DNA from: Thermodesulfobacteriota bacterium
GTDB lineage: Bacteria > Desulfobacterota_D > UBA1144 > Nemesobacterales > UBA2774
Assembly: GCA_965216785.1 (NCBI GenBank)
Contig: OZ244197.1
Span: forward strand, 2,944,001 to 3,008,000
Reading direction: 5' to 3'
DNA length: 64,000 nt
Shown piece after piece: positions 50,434-58,011 of the stretch. Position 1 is the stretch's first letter, and each line of letters begins with the position of its first letter. The position numbers and the translations under genes were made by a program. The notes under the pieces were generated by a model. That model was not told where the DNA came from. It saw only the letters and a list, made by a program, of their open reading frames with translations, and made no database searches.

Positions 50434-51738
50434 TTAGTTCCCTATACCCACACCGATATATTTAAATCCACTCTCGGAAAGTCTCTTTGGATTGTATAGA
50501 TTCCTTCCGTCAAATATTACGGACTCAGCCATAATCTCCTTGAGCTTTGTAAAATCCGGCTGCCGGTATTCATTCCACTCGGTATTTATAACCAGAGCAT
50601 CGGCGCCGCGGCAGACGTCATAGTTTGAATCAGCGTAGGTGAGCCTGTCCCCGTAGTGTTTTTTAAGATTATCCATTGCTGCGGGGTCATGCGCACAGAC
50701 TTGAGCGCCCGAGTCTAAAAACTTATCAATTAAAAATAGAGCCGGAGCCTCTCTGATATCGTCTGTTTCGGGTTTAAAAGAAATGCCCCAGAACCCGATT
50801 TTTTTACCTTCGAGCTTGCCTCCGAAATAATCCTCTATCTTTTTCCAAAACAGCTCCCTTTGTTTTGTATTCACATCATCTGTAGCGCCGCATATTTTAA
50901 GCTCGTAACCAAGCTCGTCCGCGGTACTTATCAGAGCCTTTACGTCTTTAGGGAAACACGATCCCCCGTAACCTATGCCCGGGAAGATGAAGTGTCTCCC
51001 GATCCTTGCATCAGAGCCTATCGCGTTTCTCACTTCCGATATATCCGCTCCCACAATTTCACATAAATTAGCGATCTCGTTCATAAAAGATATCCTGGTG
51101 GCCAGCATGGCGTTTGCAGTATATTTTGCAAGCTCGGATGATTTTACAGAAACAACCAGAGCCCTGTCACTTGAGCGCATAAATGGGGCGTATAGGTCTT
51201 TCAGCACCCCCGCCACAGAGGGTTTATCCGCGCCAATTATCACCCTGTCGGGTTTCATAAAGTCCTCAACAGCGGCCCCCTCTTTTAAAAATTCAGGATT
51301 TGACGCTACATCGAACTCCACATCTGAGTATTCCTCTATTACCGCTCTAATTCGCTCCGTCGTACCTACCGGAACAGTGCTCTTGGTAACCACTATCTTA
51401 TAACCATCCATACTCTCACCAATAGAGCGTGCTACGCTCAGTACCGCATCCATGTTTACCGAGCCATCAGAATTAGGGGGAGTACCTACAGCTATAAGTA
51501 TTACAAGCGAGTTTTTGATCGCATGATCTATATCCGTAGAAAAGCGAAGCCGGCCCTCTTTCACATTCTTTTTTACCAGATCTTCAAGCGCCGGCTCATA
51601 AAACGGGACTTGTCCCTCATTCAGAGCTTTTATCTTCTCTTCGTCTATATCCACACAAATTACGTTATTACCGCTTCCCGCAAAACAAGCGCCTGTCACA
51701 AGCCCGACATATCCGGTTCCTATTACACTTAAATTCAT
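50434..51738 (-). CDS. ugd: UDP-glucose 6-dehydrogenase
   Basis: GTGYVGL, AVGTP, KSTVPVGT, SNPEFLKEG, GYGGSCFPKD, FKPETDDIRE, DGRN. Confidence 0.93.
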   Translation of the reverse strand: MNLSVIGTGYVGLVTGACFAGSGNNVICVDIDEEKIKALNEGQVPFYEPALEDLVKKNVKEGRLRFSTDIDHAIKNSLVILIAVGTPPNSDGSVNMDAVLSVARSIGESMDGYKIVVTKSTVPVGTTERIRAVIEEYSDVEFDVASNPEFLKEGAAVEDFMKPDRVIIGADKPSVAGVLKDLYAPFMRSSDRALVVSVKSSELAKYTANAMLATRISFMNEIANLCEIVGADISEVRNAIGSDARIGRHFIFPGIGYGGSCFPKDVKALISTADELGYELKICGATDDVNTKQRELFWKKIEDYFGGKLEGKKIGFWGISFKPETDDIREAPALFLIDKFLDSGAQVCAHDPAAMDNLKKHYGDRLTYADSNYDVCRGADALVINTEWNEYRQPDFTKLKEIMAESVIFDGRNLYNPKRLSESGFKYIGVGIGN

Positions 51739-51891
51739 ATTAATAACTCCTTTTGACTCTTTGTTGATTAAAACCTATTACAACTTTAATAGTATAAGCC
51801 CAAAAATAGATTAATTTATTTGCTCTTAGGAGTCTATTCAAGAATTTGAACAAGGTCATATATCAATCAAGCGCATGATTAGAGTTAAATT

Positions 51892-52575
51892 CTAAGAAAC
51901 AAAACCATGTCTAAATCCGAACAGAATGAGCTCTGAACGGTTTTTAACGCTGAGCTTTTTAAATATCTTATACAAGTGAAACTTGACGGTCTTCTCACTA
52001 ATATAAAGCTCATCCGCAATACTCTTATTCGTATACCCGTTAAGGACAAGTTTAATTATCTTGATTTCACTTTCCGTAAGGTCATATATCTGCCCTTTAC
52101 TCTTTTCGGGCTTTTTCGGGTAGGATGTGCCGTCTATTACCTTACCCATCAACTTTCTCTCCACCCAGAGCTCTCCGTTGAAGACCGAGCTCACAGACTT
52201 AATCAGATGGTTCGAGTCGGTATCCTTGAGCAGGTAGCCCCTCACCCCTGAGCGGATCGCGTTTATAAGAAGACTTTCGTTATAGTCGTTGTCGATTATC
52301 AGTATCAACTTGGCTTTGTTATTCTTTTTGATCAGACTCAGTATTTTTGTAAGATTCAGCCCTTTTAGCTCGACATCCAAGAGAAGGATATCAAAATCAT
52401 GCTCTTCGCACGCTCCTATGAGATCAATAAGGTTTGAGACCCTCGATAGAACTTCTACAGATTTATCTTCCTCCAGTATTTTCGCGATTCCGTCTCTGAC
52501 CAGAGGGTATCTGCAGGCAACTATAGTCCTTATGATCTCAGTCTTCTTTTTTGCAGCTGCTTTTGTACTCGCCAT
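51892..52575 (-). CDS. LuxR/NarL-family regulator (VpsT/CsgD-like atypical receiver)
   Basis: Receiver fold without the acidic pair (VACRY), GELWVER, and LuxR HTH (G.TNK.IA..L.ISEKTVKFHLY.IFKKL.V.NR). Confidence 0.87.
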   Translation of the reverse strand: MASTKAAAKKKTEIIRTIVACRYPLVRDGIAKILEEDKSVEVLSRVSNLIDLIGACEEHDFDILLLDVELKGLNLTKILSLIKKNNKAKLILIIDNDYNESLLINAIRSGVRGYLLKDTDSNHLIKSVSSVFNGELWVERKLMGKVIDGTSYPKKPEKSKGQIYDLTESEIKIIKLVLNGYTNKSIADELYISEKTVKFHLYKIFKKLSVKNRSELILFGFRHGFVS

Positions 52576-52651
52576 AATTTCTGCTCCGCATTACAAAAGT
52601 ATATTTAAACCCTCCCGGGATAAAATCCAAGCGGGTTAATACTATTGCCAT

Positions 52652-52732
52652 ATACTATAGTATTAATTAAAGTCCCGGGCAAGGAAAAAGTCAACATACT
52701 TTAGTTTGGGATAATTTTCATACTAAAGTATG
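52652..52732. promoter_or_regulatory. Three ATACT-NN-AGTAT palindromic boxes upstream of the LuxR gene
   Basis: ATACTATAGTAT (52652), ATACTTTAGTTT (52696), ATACTAAAGTAT (52720). Confidence 0.5.
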
Positions 52733-52747
52733 CAAGTACATCCGGGA

Positions 52748-53100
52748 CTACATGCTTAGTTGAAAATACTTTCCTTGAAGCTGCACTATGAAACCGTTAA
52801 GCTCAAGCGACAGAAGAGTGGAAAGCACGTTTGAGGGCTCCATTTCCGTGAGCTTTATTATTTCATCCACATGTAAAGCCTCTGCTTTAAATACGGAAAA
52901 AACCGTCTTTTCATTTTTAGTCAGGGAGTCCACAACGGACTGCCTGTCAAAAGTAATATCAGTACTTTCGCCCAGGGCTATACCTAAATCAATTATCACA
53001 TCCTCTGCTTTTTCTACAAGCTTGGCGCCCTTTTTAATGAGCCAGTTTGGTCCGACACTAAGTTTCTTACCCGCTTCTCCCGGAACTGCGAATACCTCTA
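52748..53100 (-). pseudogene. dprA: C-terminal fragment of DNA-processing protein DprA
   Basis: EVFAVPG......GPNWLIKKGAKLV....D plus a C-terminal winged helix (L.VDEI......L..LEL.G....G). The N-terminal majority is absent, and the upstream codons in the ORF track are not DprA-like. Confidence 0.85.
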
Positions 53101-53205
53101 TGTTGTGTCCTGGTTTAAGGTGCTGAGATTGTTGAGTATTAAGTGTGTTGTATCTCTTAATTGAATAATTAAAAAGGTGTAGTTTACTTCTATAGATCAA
53201 GAGAT

Positions 53206-54228
53206 CTAAGTCAAAGGATCTTCCGATATTTTTACTATGAGCTTCCCCTTATTCGTCCCTTCGAAAAGCTTATTGAGCGCAGCGGGTGCATTTTCAAGTC
53301 CTTCCACAATATCAATACGGTACTTGAGCTTACCTTCCGAGTACCACCTGACGAGATTGTTGATTCCTTCTCCATACCGCTCAGCATAGTTAAGAACTAT
53401 AAACCCTTCCACTCGAGCGCTCTTATAGAGTATGTTGATGAAATTGTAGGGGCCCGGCACAGGCTCAGAAGAATTATACTGTGATATCATCCCACATATG
53501 ACGATTCTGGCTTTAAAATTTATCTGGGCCAAAACGGCATCCAGTATTTTTCCTCCGACGGCATCAAAATAAATATCAATACCTTCTGGACAATGCTCTC
53601 TCAAACTGTCCTGGACCGATTCTGTCTTGTAATTGATTGAGGCATCAAAACCAAGATCGTCCCTAATCCATCTGCATTTTTCTTCTGTGCCAGCTATACC
53701 TACAACACGGCATCCCTTAATCTTGCCAATCTGTCCAGCTACAGATCCCACAGCCCCAGCCGCTGCCGATACCACTAGAGTCTCACCTTCTTTAGGCTTC
53801 CCTATATCTTCAAGGCCGAAATAAGCCGCAAGTCCCGTGTGGCTGAATAGTCCGAAAAATGCGCTCAATGGCACTGCCCCATCATAGGGTATCACACTTA
53901 CATTAGTGCCGTCCGAAATTACATACTCCTCCCACCCCAGAATGCCCTGCACAATATCTCCTTCTTTAAAAGCAGGATTACGGGACTCCTCGACAACACC
54001 GATAATCAGGCCGCGCATAACCTCTCCGGTCTCGACAGGAGGCATGTAAGATTTCCTGGCATCAGCCCACAGTCTGTTAGTTGGATCTAAAGAAAGGTAT
54101 ATGTTGCGGATAAGAATCTCTCCTTCGCATAGTTCAGGTATTTTTTCTTCTTGTAACGTAAAATGCGAAAGATCTAGTCTCCCTACCGGATGTTCAACCA
54201 GAAGCCACCTACGGTTAATTTGACTCAT
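53206..54228 (-). CDS. NADP-dependent enone/alkenal reductase (CurA/PTGR-like MDR)
   Basis: YLSLDP..R, TGLAAYFGL, VSAAAGAVGS..GQ.GK.KG, FD.VGG, CG.ISQYN, N.GKL. Confidence 0.9.
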   Translation of the reverse strand: MSQINRRWLLVEHPVGRLDLSHFTLQEEKIPELCEGEILIRNIYLSLDPTNRLWADARKSYMPPVETGEVMRGLIIGVVEESRNPAFKEGDIVQGILGWEEYVISDGTNVSVIPYDGAVPLSAFFGLFSHTGLAAYFGLEDIGKPKEGETLVVSAAAGAVGSVAGQIGKIKGCRVVGIAGTEEKCRWIRDDLGFDASINYKTESVQDSLREHCPEGIDIYFDAVGGKILDAVLAQINFKARIVICGMISQYNSSEPVPGPYNFINILYKSARVEGFIVLNYAERYGEGINNLVRWYSEGKLKYRIDIVEGLENAPAALNKLFEGTNKGKLIVKISEDPLT

Positions 54229-54281
54229 ATTTAAAAACCTCCCTAAAAATGTAATAGGCTTATTTTCCTCTTACCCTGCTA

Positions 54282-54758
54282 TCAGCTCAACGCATACCAG
54301 GAATAGCTGACTCTGAAACGGTCTCCCTCTGGCTCAACGCTTCCCCTACCAACCGCCTGAATGCGGGTAAGCCATTGGTACTTCTCATTTGCGGTTTCAA
54401 ATCTAGGAGTTGTAAAGAGGTTCAGGTTCGGCGGTAGCTCTCCTGCAAGGAATTTATTGGCTTCGTCTTCCGACATGTCTATTACGCCCTTATACGTTAC
54501 ATATATTAAAGCGTTATCATTAGTTTCTAAAACAAGCCTTACATTAAGTTCAAAGCAGTTATCGAAGCGTATTAGTGCCGCGTCCTCGCCAAGAGGGCGG
54601 ATTTTCGCCTGTAGTTTAGGGCCGTCCACATATCCGTCTTCGCCGATTACGGGAAAAAACAGTCTTGTTCCCCAGCTACTTGACCCTATAGGAGCAGGCG
54701 CCGATACAAACGCCACAACATCGCATATATGGTCTAATTTTATTTCGTATTTAGACAT
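54282..54758 (-). CDS. DUF3237-family beta-barrel protein
   Basis: G.R...PV....V.GPKL...I...G.D....R.D....L.VR..LET.D.A.IY..Y.G...TPRFET...Y.WL. Confidence 0.8.
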   Translation of the reverse strand: MSKYEIKLDHICDVVAFVSAPAPIGSSSWGTRLFFPVIGEDGYVDGPKLQAKIRPLGEDAALIRFDNCFELNVRLVLETNDNALIYVTYKGVIDMSEDEANKFLAGELPPNLNLFTTPRFETANEKYQWLTRIQAVGRGSVEPEGDRFRVSYSWYALS

Positions 54759-54872
54759 AACTCACCTCTTCGTTTTCGTATATTTTTCAAGCAATACATC
54801 TATTATTTCTTATGGTTATGACACGGGAGAACCGTGATTGATTCCCCCGCGCTGTTTTTATCTTGTGGGTAA

Positions 54873-55151
54873 TTATCTGAAGTCTTCGCTGTGAATCTCA
54901 GCCATCGGGCTCACTTCAGAAAACGGTAGCTCAGGAATCGTATTTGTTAAAGCATCCCTAACTGACTGTGCGTCCCTACCGTCCCATTCGCAGTAAATAG
55001 CGTCAACCTGCCCTTTATCGTTTAATTTCAGCCAACTCTTTACCCAGTACGCATCTGTGCTGAGTCCAGATTTAGCTTTTTTCGCTACGGGCCCCACGTC
55101 CTCAGTATTTACCGGTGGGTCCACCGGATGTATCGCAATAAATTTTGGCAT
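54873..55151 (-). CDS. DUF4242-like (SCO4226 nickel-binding-type) small protein
   Basis: MPKFIAIH...W.KSW......YCEW.G.DA.SV; GGAGG RBS. Confidence 0.65.
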   Translation of the reverse strand: MPKFIAIHPVDPPVNTEDVGPVAKKAKSGLSTDAYWVKSWLKLNDKGQVDAIYCEWDGRDAQSVRDALTNTIPELPFSEVSPMAEIHSEDFR

Positions 55152-55239
55152 TTTCTTAGCCTCCTACTATTGAATTTTATTTTTCCTGCAATATAACTCG
55201 GAGAAACTACGCTCTCCTTCTACGATTTTCATCAAATCA

Positions 55240-55719
55240 TTACGGCAGCTTCCACTCGCCGTCCCAGATAGAATAGCCTTGCGGTGTGCCGCCAATTCCT
55301 ACCTGCGCATAAAATGAATTGTTCCCGCTGATCCCTTTGTATTTCCCTGTTCCGCCTGTCCACTGAAAATCCCCTTTGCAGAGCTCAGCGCCTGTACATT
55401 TCCATACTGCAAAAGCCTTATCTCCGTCATTATCCGTGACTATACAGTACCCATGTCCATCGTGCATTCCTTTGTTAATGTCCATAGCTCCAGGACAAAC
55501 AACAGAGCTCTTATCCATAAAGCCGTTGCCCTTATCGTTGAAATTCGTCCCGCCGAACTCCCCGACGAAAAATACATGCTCAGGTCCAACTTCTACCATC
55601 TGTCCTTTTGAATACCAGCCAAATTTACTCGTGAATTTGCCTTCTTTCTCAAACGCAAAAACACTTGAAAAACTAGCCAGCATAAATAAGGACAAGGAAA
55701 AAAATATAAGCTTTCTCAT
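55240..55719 (-). CDS. Exported Cys-containing beta-barrel protein (allene-oxide-cyclase/dirigent-like motif)
   Basis: ATG at 55719 after GGAGG; signal peptide ending VFA; GYC..TD.DGD and WTGGTGKYKGISG. Confidence 0.65.
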   Translation of the reverse strand: MRKLIFFSLSLFMLASFSSVFAFEKEGKFTSKFGWYSKGQMVEVGPEHVFFVGEFGGTNFNDKGNGFMDKSSVVCPGAMDINKGMHDGHGYCIVTDNDGDKAFAVWKCTGAELCKGDFQWTGGTGKYKGISGNNSFYAQVGIGGTPQGYSIWDGEWKLP

Positions 55720-55769
55720 TTTACTACCTCCTACTATTTTCGATTTAACGAATAACACTTAATTTCCTA

Positions 55770-56159
55770 CTACTCCGCAACTAACCTAAGCGCGCCTACA
55801 CCACGCTCGCTTGATACCTGACAGCTTACGTCTATGGGATAGCTAGTCCCGCTAAAATTACAGACGCTCCTCGGTTTAGAATCCAGCGTTACACCCCAGC
55901 TAGAATCAGCTACTCCCCTAACAACCGTTATATCGGAAACAGCATCATTTTCAGCATTACAACTGAGTGTAAAGCTCTTGCCACCGATAACTCCCTTCGC
56001 ACTTCCTTCAACCCGTCTGCAATAATCCGCATAACAGGTGACATTAGGCATACATGTCAACTTAATACGGACGTCCTTCTGTGATTGGGCGAAAGCACTG
56101 CTTAAGCCCAACGCACTAAGCAAAATCCCTAAAGCTACTAATGTCATCTTGTACTTCAT
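55770..56159 (-). CDS. Exported hypothetical protein with six Cys
   Basis: Signal peptide ending AFA; six Cys; GGGGG RBS; first gene after the sigma-54 promoter. Confidence 0.65.
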   Translation of the reverse strand: MKYKMTLVALGILLSALGLSSAFAQSQKDVRIKLTCMPNVTCYADYCRRVEGSAKGVIGGKSFTLSCNAENDAVSDITVVRGVADSSWGVTLDSKPRSVCNFSGTSYPIDVSCQVSSERGVGALRLVAE

Positions 56160-56266
56160 AACGCACCCCCAGAATTTTTATTAAAGTGCATTTGAAAGCA
56201 CTTTTAATCTATTTCCAGACTTTACTTATCGTTCTTTCCGAAAAATAGATCTCATTTACATGCAAT

Positions 56267-56283
56267 CGCAAGCGGCATGCCAA
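56267..56283 (-). promoter_or_regulatory. Sigma-54 -24/-12 promoter
   Basis: Minus strand TTGGCATGCCGCTTGCG, which fits TGGCAC-N5-TTGC spacing; about 110 nt upstream of 56159 and divergent from the activator gene. Confidence 0.75.
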
Positions 56284-56334
56284 CGACGTAACATTCTGTT
56301 ATCATTGCATATTAGTCTCGAGAGCAAACATTAA

Positions 56335-56465
56335 TGTAAACTATCTATACACATGTTTCCCTTTGTGAAAGCGTCTTAGATGGTATATATATTTGAATTT
56401 GTTATAGATGTGTTAAGCTTTGTTTATGTGTCTATATTTCTTTCTTTATGTCTATATAGTTGACA
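56335..56465. promoter_or_regulatory. Two candidate activator binding sites (TGT-N11-ACA) in inverted orientation
   Basis: 56335-56351 TGTAAACTATCTATACA (reverse complement TGTATAGATAGTTTACA) and 56449-56465 TGTCTATATAGTTGACA; 14/17 identical. Confidence 0.55.
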
Positions 56466-56493
56466 CCGAAAAAGGTTAAGGCGGGGAGATAGT

Positions 56494-58011
56494 ATGAGTA
56501 AATTAGACGCAATAATGAATATCTGTCAAAAGATCAATACTCAAAGGGAACTGCCGGCACTTTTAGAACTCGTAGTCCAGGAGACAAAAGAGCTTCTTGA
56601 AGCCGACAGATCCAGTATCTTTCTTTTGGATAGAGAAAAACATGAGTTATGGTCAATAATTACCCTTGATGGTGAGCAGATTCGTTTGGATTCACGTCTT
56701 GGAATTACAGGGGACGCTACTATTACAGGACAATCTATTAATGTAGAAGACGTCTCTCAGGATTCCAGATTTTATAAAAAGGTTGATGAAATTGCAGGGT
56801 ATCAAACTAGGAGTCTCTTGGTTGTACCGATTAAAAACCATAACGGGGTGGTCGTTGGCACGTTTCAAGTACTAAACAAAAAAAAAGGTAGTTTCAGTGA
56901 GCAAGATCAAGAGATTTTGGAACTGATAGCCGGCCATGTGGCGGCGGCAATAGAAACCACACAGCTGATCGAAGATTCAAAACAATATCAGCAAAAACTT
57001 CTTAAAGAAAACAACCATCTCTGGAAAGAGGTCGAAGGACGTTTCTTCACGCAAAACATACTAGGAACAAGTCCCCGCATTCAACACATTGTAAGATTAA
57101 TTGAACAAATCAGTGATACCTCTCTTAACGTACTCATAACAGGGGAAAGCGGAACCGGGAAAGAGCTCGTAGCCAAGTCCATACACTATAACAGTCCGCG
57201 CACAAGGATGCCGTTTGTCGCTATTAACTGTGCCGCTCTGCCTGAAAGTCTTTTAGAGAGCGAGCTGTTCGGAATAGAGAAGGGGGTAGCTACAGGAGTG
57301 GAAAGGAGAATCGGTAAATTCGAAGAGGCCAGCGGAGGAACACTTTTTTTAGACGAGATCGGAGACCTGAGCCTTACAGCTCAAGCCAAGATCCTCCGCG
57401 TATTGCAAGAAAGCAGTATTGAGCACGTAGGGGGCAGGAAAACTATACCAATAGACGTTAGAATTATTTCTGCTACAAACAAGGATCTTGAGAGAGAAAT
57501 CAAAAAGGGAAATTTCCGTGAAGATCTTTTCTACCGCCTTAAGGTAATTCATATTCATATGCCGCCTCTAAGGCAGATTGCAGAGGACATTGTACTTATT
57601 GCCAGCTACTTCATGGATAAATACTGTAAGGCAATGAAAAAAGAATCCAAGAAATTCTCACCCGAGACCTTAAGGTGCCTAACCAAGTATGATTGGCCGG
57701 GGAATATAAGGGAACTGGAAAATGAGGTAAAAAGACTGGCTGTTCTCACACCGGGCAAATTAGTACAAGAAGAGAACCTCTCTCCGCACATCAGACCCCT
57801 AATGGACAATATTGAACCCGACTCAACCAAGCCTCTCTCGCTTAAGGAAAATGTGCAGCAATTAGAAAAGCGGTTGATTTTCGAGACACTTGAGAAGTGC
57901 GGCCATAATCAAAAGCGGGCGGCCAAGGTATTGGGATTAAGCCGCCAGGGCTTAATTAATAAAATGAAGAGATATGAAATAACTGCTAATAAAATTAACT
58001 CGTTCAGCTAG
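56494..58011 (+). CDS. GAF-domain sigma-54-dependent Fis-family activator
   Basis: GAF with QVLNKK.G.FS..D; GESGTGKE; ESELFG..KGVATGV; LFLDEIG; REDLFYRL; WPGNIREL; Fis HTH. Confidence 0.92.
   Translation: MSKLDAIMNICQKINTQRELPALLELVVQETKELLEADRSSIFLLDREKHELWSIITLDGEQIRLDSRLGITGDATITGQSINVEDVSQDSRFYKKVDEIAGYQTRSLLVVPIKNHNGVVVGTFQVLNKKKGSFSEQDQEILELIAGHVAAAIETTQLIEDSKQYQQKLLKENNHLWKEVEGRFFTQNILGTSPRIQHIVRLIEQISDTSLNVLITGESGTGKELVAKSIHYNSPRTRMPFVAINCAALPESLLESELFGIEKGVATGVERRIGKFEEASGGTLFLDEIGDLSLTAQAKILRVLQESSIEHVGGRKTIPIDVRIISATNKDLEREIKKGNFREDLFYRLKVIHIHMPPLRQIAEDIVLIASYFMDKYCKAMKKESKKFSPETLRCLTKYDWPGNIRELENEVKRLAVLTPGKLVQEENLSPHIRPLMDNIEPDSTKPLSLKENVQQLEKRLIFETLEKCGHNQKRAAKVLGLSRQGLINKMKRYEITANKINSFS

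Noticed and set aside
53101-53200. N-terminal extension of the 150-aa ORF as a real short DprA start
   Set aside because: The first ~33 codons are not DprA-like, the start is TTG without a clear RBS, and the sequence reads through foreign DNA.
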